A DNA stretch of 64,000 bases from Felis catus (Eukaryota). The stretch is from NCBI RefSeq assembly GCF_018350175.1, contig NC_058368.1, forward strand, positions 198,712,001 through 198,776,000. The letters run 5' to 3'. Positions 1 to 11,200 of this stretch are shown here, in pieces (positions within the stretch are counted from its first letter, which is position 1; every line of letters begins with the position of its first letter). Under the pieces are notes generated by a model, which saw only the letters and a program-made list of their open reading frames with translations, searched no databases and was not told the origin of the DNA. Made by a program: the position numbers and the translations under genes.

Positions 1-589
1 CAGTGACCTTGACCCTGAGGAGCTTGCCCTGGGTGTCAGTAGCGTATCTGCTGTGCCAGTCACTGAGCTGTTGAGCTAAATCAAGCTCTTGTCTCTTAGT
101 CCCAAATCTGCCCTTCTGAATGGAACAGCACCGTTCCCTGCCAGGTGCTCCCTGGTTAGATGCTGCCATATGGCTTGCTCCAGGGGACTGCAAGGCCAGA
201 GGAGGGACTTGCTCCTGCTTCTTGTTTTCTTGCTGTTTCACTTCATCGCCCCAGCAGTGGCCCTCTCCCTTAGCAGCAGTAGTTGGTTTAAGTCTAGCTT
301 CTACACATTTCCAGAACTAGCCTTATTATGTGCCCATTAGAGGTCTTGGCCCCAGTTAGCAGGGCAGGGCCCTTTCCTCAGAGGTGTGCACCCCAGTTCC
401 ACAGGACTGCTTCTCCAGGCCCCTGGGGCACCAGTACGAGCCGGGCAGTGCCCCACCCTCAGAATGCTGCCCAGCTCCCTGCAGCTAACTCAGCTGAGGC
501 CCAAATGTCCTGGTTGTGTGTTCAGTTCTGTAGTCCCTGTGTAACTCACTCGTGATGGGACATTCTCTATTAAAAGGAGTGTGGTTTCT

Positions 590-972
590 GGGGCGCCTAG
601 GGGGCTCAGTCGCTTGCATCTGCCTCTTGATATCAGCTCAGGTCATGATTTCACAGTGAGTTCGTTTGTTCATAAGTTCGAGCCCCTCATGGGGGCTCCA
701 TGTTGACAGTGTGGGTCCTACTTGGGATTCTCCCTCTCTCCCTCTCTCCCTCTCTCCCTCCCTCCCTCCCTCTCTCCCTCCCTCCCTCCTTCCCTCCCTC
801 CCTCCCTCTCTCCCCCCCTCCCTCCCTCCCTCCCCCCCTCCCTCCCTCCCTCCCCCTCTCCCCCCTCCCTCCCTCCCTCCCTCTCTCCCCCTCTCCTCCT
901 CCCCCTCTCTCCCTCTCTCCCTCTCTCCATCCACCCCCCTCAAAATCAATACATGTAAAAAAAAATAATAAA
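590..972 (+). mobile_element. Can-SINE (felid SINEC) with a greatly expanded CT/CCCT tract
   Basis: GGGGCGCC..GGCTCAGTC head, CAGGTCATGAT, A-rich tail. Degenerate TSD aggagtgtggtttct / atgagtgtagcttct. Confidence 0.92.
728..928. repeat. 201-nt uninterrupted polypyrimidine (CCCT/CT) tract
   Basis: No purine between 728 and 928. Confidence 0.95.
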
Positions 973-2700
973 TGAGTGTAGCTTCTGTTTTTCTGATAGA
1001 ACTTTCTCAGCAAGGTTAAGTTTTAACTGGTCCTAATCTGTATCTATTTTGGTCTCAAGTTCCTCTCAAAATACTTGTGTGATAACTTTCTAATTACACA
1101 TATTCTCTCCTAGTCCCTTTAATTGATTGAAGCAAAGTTGGAATTCTCCCCAGAAAGCAGAAAGGATCTACCTGTTAGGACCAGTTACAGGTTAGCAAGA
1201 GTTTGCTGGACGTAAGCTGGATACTCAGTTTTTGATAACTCACGGTCTGAATATTGGAAAAGGAAGTTTCAGTGGATTACTTTCCTCAAACTGTGTTTGT
1301 AAAAATGTAAGTAATACTCATAGCAGCGGGTACATAAAGGAGACAGGTTTTCCAGATGTATATGAGAGCATGCGAAATTGAGAGACCAGGTCGGGATGTT
1401 AGCGAGCAGAGGAAACCCAACTGTTCCAGGCAATCAACAAAAAAGGAAAGAGGAATCCTAAAGGTAGAACAGAGGAAGGAATTGGAAAGTGGCATTTTCT
1501 AGAAAATTAAAATGAAAATCCTACTAAAAAACTACTCGATAGATGAACTGCAGTCTCTGGGGATATACCCCCCCCCCCCCCACATATGCCATACAATTTA
1601 CTCATGTAAAGTGTGCGACTTACGTCTTTTTAGTATACTCGAGATGCATAATCATCCTCTGGAAAGACACGTTTGCATTCACAGTGCCTTAACTTGTCTG
1701 TCCATCATCTTTATACTATTCACGAAAGAGGAGATTTGCTTGCCCACTTGTCTGAGTAAATTAACCTATTTGAGCTAACTCCAAATATTGAATGTATTGT
1801 TGTGTGTTTGGTACAGAATTTAGCTACGGTTTTGGATGAACACTTCCATAGATGAGCACAGTGTCTCAGGTAACTTTGCTGGATTGTGTGTTCTGTGATA
1901 GAATTTGTCCTGTCACAAAATGGTTTGCCAACACTGGGCTGGCTTTCCATGGCTTTTTTTTGTTTTTGTTTTTTTAATTGGGTTCAAAGATTATATGAAG
2001 CAGAGACTGGGAACAGAATGTATTTGGTACCAGATGCCCTTTAGAAATGAGCTCTGTGATAATTTTCTCTTTGTGCGAATTCTTACATAAGGTGCCCAGG
2101 TCTTTGCCTCTAGAGACCTGTGGGTCCCAAGCTTCCCTCTCTACCTCTGCCTTCTCTCTGTCTTGGTTTGAGAAGATACTATGATTTGCTGTGTGTGGCC
2201 CGTCCTCTTTTCTCCAGCTTCTGTCCAGATCCGTTCTCAGAAAATGTTACTCCAAGGAAAAATTTACCTCCTTCCACACACCCAGGGAGCACTTTCACGG
2301 TTTTGTACCCACAGCTTTGAAGTGGTGATGCTGTTCTAGATTTCTGTTTTGACTCCGGGTTTTCTGGTCTCCTCACTGATGTGAGCACATGGACAGTTGT
2401 TCATGTACTCTGTGTAGAAGGTGTCTGAAGTGATATATCCCTGAAGGATACTTGATGGCGTTTCTGTGGCCTGTAGCCGCCTTGTATGACCTCGAGAGTG
2501 ACCCCATAGCATTCAGGCTTCTGTTGCCTCCCTGCTGGAACAGAGGGTGACCCCTGGCGCCCAAGATTTATAGGGCACAGCAGAGCTCTGCCCAGCCCCT
2601 ACTTATGTGGGCATGAAAGGTGGAGGCCGTCGTGCCGAGGGGACTGCTCTTCTGGGTGTTCCTCTGAGCTCTCCTCCATCTGGGCCCTTGAAGTGACTTC

Positions 2701-2870
2701 AGGCAGCGTGATTTAGTGGAATGTGCTGGACTCTGGAAGACTCCGTACCTTTGAACAAGTCTTCCAGCCCCAGAAGGCTCTATTGGGTCACTTAGAAAAA
2801 ATGCCCAGTGTCATACCAGCCTCCCAGAGCACCTGTGAGGATTGAGTGGTGGTAGATACGGAAGAGCTGC
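2701..2870 (+). mobile_element. MIR-family remnant
   Basis: ggcagcgtg..tagtggaa..ctggact and ctcccagag..ctgtgaggatt resemble the MIR core. Confidence 0.5.
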
Positions 2871-3369
2871 GTGAACGCAACGGAGATGAGGTGTGTTAGT
2901 CACGCCGCCTTGCTGGTTGTGGGATGGCATGTGAAGACACTTTGGCTTTAGGAGGCTGCCGACCGTCGTGTTACCATCCTCTCTCTTCCCCGGAGCGTGA
3001 AGGGAGAGGCCGAGCTCAGAGGACTTGGCCTCAGGGCTGACGGAGTCAGCGTGCTGTCACTCAGACGTTGTGAGCAGTTGTGCGGTGTTGTCTGACATAG
3101 GTTGTGGGGCTGAAGAAAAAACCCTCAGATCCCTCAATGTCTCCCTTGAAGGCGTACGAATGGTGGAACGGCCTCCCAGATGTGGCTTTAAGTTAGATTT
3201 CACTCAATGTCTATTTTTAAAAAGCCTTTCAAACAGACCAGGTGTTATCTAGAAGAACATTCTAAACCGTTTAAAAATTCTACTCAGAAAATTTTACGTC
3301 TGTTTCTCCTATTGTCTCCTCCTTTGGGTTTGTTTCAAGGTCCCTTCTCGTGGCCCCAGTTGATCATCT

Positions 3370-4560
3370 GGCATTATTGTAGGTAACCTCCCCTCCTAGT
3401 TTGATGACTGGAGAAATGGCCTCTCCATCCTGAGAGCCTCTCCATTCCTCTTAATCAGCCAGCTTCTGCCTTCGTGTGGGCTGGACTTGCCTCATTCCCA
3501 AGGGTTCAGACTCTGAGCTCTCCTCCTGTTCACAGCCTCCTGTCCTTTTACCAGCTCAGTCCTTTACTCACCCTCAGCCCACCTGGGCTTCCTAGTCCAT
3601 TCAGTGAATGGCCGTTTGCCTGTCCCTTTCTTCCATCCGTCCCATCCTTCTCTCGCTAGTCCCTCAGGTCTGCGCTCTAGAGCCCACCATCTCGCCTGTT
3701 TGTTCACTGGCATGCCTGGAATCCCGTGACTCCCTTCCCTTTTTTTTGTCTTTACCCCCCCTCGGCCCCCCTCCCCCCGCAGAGCTAGAATTGACATAGC
3801 CCCTCGCCCTTCTAACTTTTTCTCTACCACTGTGCTGTCCTCCATCAGCCTCCTCCTCACCCCCATTTCTACCTGCTAGGCCTTTGAGAATCACTGGAGG
3901 AAATCCTGTTCCTGGGCCAAATGCTTCTAATGGAAATGTTGATCAAAGGGCATTTTCCTGGCCCTTCCTTACAAGTCACCATTTATCTACATTTTCCACT
4001 ACTTCTCCCCTTTTTCTGACCAAGTGCTGTGTCCTCCTTTCCGGGGTCAGCCTCTCTACTTGGGCACCCAGTTTGTCTCCCTCAGGGCCTCACAGTTAAC
4101 TCTGCCCGCTCTTCCCTGTCTTGACTCTCTCTCTATCCATACGCTGTCCTCCCTTCATCCATGAACCACTTAACTTTTCCTGAAGCTTTATTTTTCCAAG
4201 AGCCTCCCATCCCCTCGGTCACAAATTTCTCAGGAGACCTCCTCTTAGGGCTTCTTCGTTCTTCACCACCTGAGCCCTCTGGCCAAGTGGCGTCCTCCCC
4301 TGTTCCACTGGCACTGTTCTCTCGAGTCAGCAAGGACTGTCCTAATTGCCAGAGAACACTTGTCAACCTGTTTACCGCCTTCGACATAGTTGTCCATTCC
4401 AGCACGTCTCAGATGGTTGATTTCTCCTGAGGGGATGAGTGAAGGAACTTTTTCTCCCTTGGTTTCTATGACATGGTACCTTCTTCTTTCACCTGCGGTC
4501 TGACCACTCCTTTTCAGGTTTTTTTTTTATTTTTTATTTTTTTTGCTTGACTCTTACATT
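3370..4560 (+). mobile_element. L2 LINE fragments (diverged)
   Basis: Pyrimidine-rich L2-like blocks such as actggcactgttctctcgagtc and tctcccttggtttctatgaca. Confidence 0.5.
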
Positions 4561-4599
4561 TTGGGTTTCCCCACCTTGGCCGAATGATGGACATCGAGG

Positions 4600-4815
4600 G
4601 AATCTTAATTGTGTACTATTGTGTGCCAAGTGCTGCCCTTCAGGTACTGGAACTACAGTTCTTTACAACAATCACATGAGGTATTTTTTTTTTTCAGTCT
4701 CATTTTTAGAAGAGAAAAACCGCACTTGAGAGAGAATTTAAGAAACTCATGTCAACATTAGTTTGTGGAAGAGCAGAGGTTTGAATCCTGTTCGATTCCA
4801 AGGCCTGTGCTTTTC
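4600..4815 (-). mobile_element. MIR
   Basis: tattgtgtgccaag..ctttacaacaatcacatgagg..cattttt..ggtttgaatcc. Confidence 0.65.
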
Positions 4816-4974
4816 CTGTGGGACTCTCACAGGACGCTGTTGGGGATCACCTTCCTGGTTTACACAGTGCCTAGCCTCGTCCTCCTATATATTGAATATC
4901 CGTTAAATATTTGAGGAGTAAATCTGTGGTATCATCTGTTGCTGTGGCTTCAGTTGTCTTGCATTAAAAAAAAA

Positions 4975-5165
4975 AATATTTAGAGAGAGAATGAGTGGGG
5001 AGGGGGCAGAGAGAGAGAGAGAGAGAGAGAGAGAATAGCCCAAGCAGGCTCTGCACTGTCAGCACAGATCCCCACACGGGACTCAAACCGATGAACTATG
5101 AGCTCATGACCTGAGCCAAAACCAAGAGTCAGACGCTTAACCAACTGAGCCACCCAGGAGTCCCC
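4975..5165 (-). mobile_element. Can-SINE
   Basis: Reverse-complement head ttaaccaactgagccacccagg..cccc, (GA)n tract. Confidence 0.92.
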
Positions 5166-5339
5166 TGCATTTTTTTTTTTTCCTTAAAAAAATATTGACT
5201 CAAAAAAGTAGTATGTCTTTGATAAAAATACAAAGAATAAAAAGCAGGTTACAAAGTTAAAAAAAAAAAAAAAGACAAAAGAATTCCTTCCCACCCTTCC
5301 TCACCCCTCCCACTCTCAAGGGGCGGTGACAACTATCCT

Positions 5340-6260
5340 TTTTACACTGATGTCCAAGTTTTCAATTTCAGTCCCTAGATTCTTCTTGAGTTTCACAATC
5401 TAATCTCTAACTGCTGAGTCCAGATGCCGATTTATAGCTATTTATGTTTTTTTTCCATATAGTGGTGTTTGAACCATTTGGAATTATTTTGGATAGTGGC
5501 ACATGTGAAATCAGCCCACTAACCAGTTAACCTCTCGTTTTCCCCACTGGGTCTGTTTACATGTCTGACCTGCTGGCCCCTCAAATTCATATTCTTCAAA
5601 ATTAAACTCCTTTTTGTTTTTTCCTCCTACAACTGTTTCCTGTGGCTTAGTTGCAATACCACATTCCTGTCCTCCTGGTCCCTCCTCCTACCATTATCCA
5701 GTGTGATGGCGAGGCATTCTGTTGTGGGGGATCACCATGGTGCGTTCTGTCGTCGTGGTTGGAGTTCCAGCTTGGACACTCAACTTGGACACCCCCTCGT
5801 GACTGCCTTCCTCTCCTTCTAACTCCACTCTGCGGAGACACAGCTTCCTCAAATATAATGGTCCTTGACGTCCCTTCGTTGCATGGCCACAAGCACACTT
5901 CATCCTTGTAGAACTTAAACTCCAGCCACATCTGTTTCTGGACTCGGCCCTGAATTGTTTTCGTCTACTCGTATTTATGCTTTACTCCTTGCTCAGGATG
6001 CGTCTAACATTCAAGCTCTGCTCAAATGCAACCACCTTTCTCTAACTTTCTCCTGAGATGCCTCCAATTCTCCAGTGCAGGGAGGCCCTTGCCATCCCCT
6101 GTGCTCTCACGGTTGCTATTTATTCGCAGTCTTAGCGCTTGATCCAATTTGCCTGGTGTTACGTGTATAATGTAGATCTGTTGCTCATTAGACAGTAAAT
6201 TTTTGAAAGGACTGTGTTGCAGATAAATGCTATTTTGTTTGTACGTAGTTAATTTCTCAG
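5340..6260 (+). mobile_element. L2 LINE 3' fragments
   Basis: actgatgtcc..ttttcaatttcagtccctagat and attagacagtaaatttttgaaaggactgtg are L2-like. Confidence 0.5.
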
Positions 6261-6693
6261 GTCAATGCTATTTGGATTTATTTTCTCGAAACTTTGATTT
6301 GAGACCTTAAAATGGATCAAGTCTTTTGTTTTCACATTTAGATGATGCAGTTCAGCAAGTTCATCTCTGAAAGCCCCAATAATCTATAAAATGGAGGCCT
6401 ATGCTGAGTGGTTTAAATAAGTTCTAATCAATTATCAGGCAGCCAATAGACCTTTCTGGATCTTCGCAGTTACCTGCGTAAGAGGTTTTAGAATGGCAGT
6501 AAGATTCAGCCTACCGCGGCCTACTGCATGTGAACTCTCAAATGCCTCAAGAAAGGTACCGTTAATATTGGAAATATTAAAGATTTTAATTCTTTAGTCT
6601 TAATATAAAGACTTCCAACAGGGTCTTTTTACTCAACCCATTTTGAATATAAAATTTTTAAATAGCCTTTAATTAAAAAATTTGACTGTTTTT

Positions 6694-6908
6694 GGGGAGC
6701 CTGGGTGGCTCAGTCAGTTAAGCGTCCGACTCTTGATTTTGCCTCGGGTCACGATCTCACAGTCAGTGAGTTCGAGCCCTGCACCTGGCTCTGTGCTGCC
6801 AGCACAAAGCCTTCTTGGGATTCTCTCACCTCTCTGTCTCTGCCTCTCCACAGTTAGTTCTTGCATGTGTGTTCTCTCTCTTCTCTCTCAAAAAATAAAT
6901 AAAATAAA
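6694..6908 (+). mobile_element. Can-SINE
   Basis: GGGGAGCCTGGGTGGCTCAGTCAGTTAAGCGTCCGACT head, AATAAA tail, TSD-like atttgactgttttt / atttgatgtttttt. Confidence 0.93.
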
Positions 6909-8204
6909 CATTTGATGTTTTTTGTTTTTAAAAAGGGTGGGTGCATGGTCCACTGTTGTCCTGAAAAGAGGGTGGGAGACCTTTACCCTCACACTCAGCT
7001 GTCTTTAGATAACATGACACATGACGGTTTCAAGGCCAGCCTCGCTCCCAGAGGCCAGGTCTCCTTTCATGAATTACACTTAGGCCAGGCTTTGAGGTAC
7101 AAGAGTGGGAAGCATTTTCCCGTTTTTCACTAGTACCCTCCAACTTAATCCCAGCGGGCAGATGGAAAGCTTCCTACTGATCCCCCTCTTTGGGGAGAGC
7201 GCCGGGTGGAAGGTGAAAGAAGGAATATATATCTCCGCTCCCCCCACCTCCCATTCCCTACCTTCGAACAGTACAAATACTTCAATGCCTTTTAAGGCGA
7301 TGATCGTCTGTGCTTGTAAGACCAACATAACTTTGATGTATCACTGCCCTGCAGTGTCAGTGCTAATTTAGATGAGAAACTCCTAGAACACCGCGATGAC
7401 TCTTGTAGAACAGGCACCACAGTGTCCAAATAGGAGGCTTCAACATTTTGTAGTTTTTGAATTTTTTTTTTTTAATGGGGTGAGCCCTAGCCACATCCGT
7501 TATCAACTGGACATGAAATTTGAGGGTTTGGGGAACTTTTGGAAGCACGGTGCCACCTCACTGCCATACTCTCTATTCCTAAATCTTGTAGGTGAAAACA
7601 GTCAGTCTCCCTTTTTTCAATAAAATGCCAAGGAGCTGACGGAATTATGCTGTCTCTTCAAGTTTTTGTCCACAGGACACCTCAAGTAACAGAATGGTGC
7701 CTCAGAAATGTGAGAATCATTTGGGTTCGAGAGAAACTTGCTTACTTGCCCTGTCGGGATTGAGCTTTTGGTTCAGCTGGGTTCATGTGTACTTCTCCTC
7801 CTCAGATATATAAAATTGGCTTTTAGAATTTGTTTATGCTTCTATTGCGTAGAGGGAGTATTTTCCAAGTCACTTGGATTTCTCCGGCCTTTTCGTTGTT
7901 CAGAATTGTTCCAAACTTCTAAACAAAAACCATTGCTGAGGAGGTGCAAGTGTGTGCACACACACGTGCTTCTGGCCAAATAAGAGAAGAATTATTTCTT
8001 TGGGCCCCCATGACTTTTTTTGGGGGGGTGGGTGGGTGGGAGGGGCAGGGTTCCTGTTGTAAGCTTGAAAGAGACTTCTTATCAGATGTGGGTTGTTTAT
8101 ATCTAGTTCTTTGTGTGAAATTCATGCTTAAGAAGAGTGGGATCGTTTTGGATAGATTTTTCTCTTAAACCAGCCAGGCTCTTCTTAACCCTTGTTTGAA
8201 GATG

Positions 8205-8250
8205 AGTGTGTGTGTATATTTGTGTGTGTGTGTGTGTGGGGGGTGGTGTG
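8205..8250. repeat. Compound (TG)n microsatellite
   Basis: gagtgtgtgtgtatatttgtgtgtgtgtgtgtgtgtgg. Confidence 0.85.
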
Positions 8251-11200
8251 TATATACACGCTAGCTTTCTTGAGCGGTTTTTCAATCCTAAGATTCAAAA
8301 GAAAAGGAAAGAGAGATTCCTGAAGTAGGAGGACAAAGGAACGCTCTCCTAACTGAGCTGGAATTGAAGTTTGTATTTCATTTAAAATGACACATCAGCA
8401 AATCTCTCTTCAACTATGTTGTGCATCAAGGTGCATTTTCCCTTCACTCTGGGCTTTGGACACGATTTGCCTGGACATCTTCCCAGGAACCCCCCTGTGT
8501 AAAACCCCTATTAAAGCAAAGTCGTTATAAAATCATTTCATTTTCATATCTTCTGACTTACATGAAATGTACTACAACTCTGGAGGTGCATATTTTGGGT
8601 CTTAACCTTACAAAACAAGGAAATGAAAAGGGAACACACAGTTGTCTTGAATGCCCAAACTGATACAAAATGCAGATAAAGGTAGCGATTCTTTCCTTCC
8701 ATATGGTGAGGTAATTTGGGGAAGGAAATTAGACTTTGAGCAGCAAGAAAATGTTAGATTTGGGGGAGGGGGGTGGGCAGGGGCTAGTGGAGAATTCTTT
8801 TCGCTGCCCTAAATTCTGGAATTTGATTCAGAATGTAAAAAAAAAAAAAAAAAAAAAAAGTGCCTACCATTTCACTCCTAGGACTTCTCCATCTTAGTGC
8901 TGAGGCTGGAGTCGGTGCCCTGGGTCTCACCAAAGCAGACAGCACAGCATACTGGCCATAGTTCCCCAAACTAAACAAAGAATAATAAATTACGTGGTCA
9001 TTGTTTCTTATCTCTTGCTAGAGACCATTGCTGATTTCAGAAGGAAATTGAATGGGGTTTAGTGTAATGACAGAATAAGCCCCATTTAATCACACTAGTA
9101 AACATGTAGCAAAGTGGAAGCAGTCCAGTTGCCAAATCTCTGCTTTTTAAGGTCCCCTGTACCTAGAGTGCCTTGAAATGTGGGATGGGGGGTTAAAGGG
9201 GCTGATTATTGTATTAAAAATTAAGAAAGAGGAAATGTTTCTAAGCTAAGGCCACTGGTGTCTGAATTCCATGCCAGAATATTTCAAGGTAACGAAACCT
9301 GTCAAACAGAAACTTAAAGGGAGAACACACTCTGGGGGAGGAAACCAGCTGAAAACAGTTTAATGGCAGATTCCGCTTAGACCAGCCACGGACTCTGAAA
9401 AGCTATAGATCTCCTGTAGAAGCTTCTAGGTTTCCTCCTTTCATCTACAACGCACACAAATGGAGGAGAGGGGAAGATAAAGCAATCTTATTCATAGGTT
9501 AGATCAATTTCAAAGCCGATTTTGACCCTTATAGCAAACTTTTCCACACCTGCCAACCACAAATGTCTATGTATGGTAACAGGTAACTGGCTTTCGTATC
9601 CTGTAATCTGTGAGACATAAATCATGAGACATTATAATTATATGGCAGTTACCATACAGTTGAAGTAGTTACATGGTTATTAGTACCCCGTAAAATACCA
9701 CGATAGTGTTGTGTTTTTATAATCTATTGTAGGAATTTCTTCCCATGCTTTTAAAGGTGATAAATAATTTTGGTATGCTCTGGCATTCAGTGAGGGCACT
9801 ACAAAGAAAGGTGGGTGGTTATTCCGAGAGATCTGCTAAATTACCCCCTCCTGAAGAAATTCATGTGAAATCTGGAAAGGCTAACTTTGTGTGAGGTGCT
9901 TAATTTTTGCTAGATAGTCACCTATAGCTTTGAAAGAATAGTCGGTATGAGGAATAATTTTTTGGTCATACTATTTCTAGGGCAGTTTTTAGAAATTCCT
10001 AAAATTCACATTATGAAATATTAGTAGTTTCTGTTCTTTGTCCCCACCTTCTTCTTCTCCTCCTCTTGGTCCTCCCACTCTTTTTGTGACTATTGCCTTT
10101 TTTTCCCCCCAGAGAAACCAATGCAGTCTGTATCATATTAGTTAAAAACAAAAACCAGGCTCTTAAAAGGTCCTTCAAATAACTTGTATTCATTTAACAT
10201 GTAACTTAAAAATGAGTTCCCCGTCTCTTTCTTTTGCAGATTGTCTTGGTTCCTGGTCCCTGTTTTTAAAAACAGGGCAAGTTTTAGACCTTCTTGGTTC
10301 AGCTCCTGTTGTTTGCAGTACACCTCACTGTCCCTCCCTCCCAAAGAGGAGCATTGAATTTGAGATTTGATGCTTTTACTCTTTTTGTTTTGTTTTGTTT
10401 TCCTTCCACTCTGATCCTCTATATGTGGCTTCTTTGCAAAACAGTTTTGTGCAAGCAGACATGACTTAACTCCATTCCCTACATAGAGAACTATTCAACT
10501 TTACTTTTATGTGTTTTGAATACTGCCCCATCTGAGACTGTGACGGCAATAAAGTATGCATGGCCAACCTTATTTTAATAGCGCAAGAGAGCTGCTTTTA
10601 ATTAATAAGTGGATCTCTTTATGTCTGGGGTTTTCGGTTTATTTTGTGGTTCTTTGGAGTTCTGCAATTATGTGGCCTAAAACGGCTATGTTAGTGGAGA
10701 CTAAGTCCTTTTTAAAATCTGTCATTTACATGTTTTGTGTCTGTAATCTGTGTTTTTAGATTATTGTCTTTAAGGAAAAAAAAAATAGCAGTAGCAGTGT
10801 TTCTCTAAAATGTTAAAATCCATAGCCCATAAGTGTATATATATTTTAGCAGTCTAATGCAGCGTCCATCTACAAGAGTTGAGTTGTTCCATTATGCAGG
10901 TACAAGTTACTTGAAAGAATCCTCATATTGTGTATTTCCCCACTTGACATAAACTTTTAAACCACTAAAAAATTGGTAGAACTTGTATAAAGCCTCTAGT
11001 ACCTATCTTTGAGGATTAAAAAGGTGTGCAAAGGTTCTTCCGTTTTGGTGATACCATTGTAGGCTTGTCTGATACGCATGGATTTTGCTTTAGGTCACTC
11101 AAATCTAGGATTTCGGTGTGTACCGTGCTCCCTCCCAGAGGGGCTTTACTGGTACAACGGGAATCCAGAGCCAGACTTGAATCCACAGGGACCCCAAATA

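Noticed and set aside
638..1013. Several overlapping ORFs rich in Pro/Ser/Leu or Gly/Arg/Glu
   Set aside because: These are translations of the CCCT/AGGG tract, which cannot contain stop codons.
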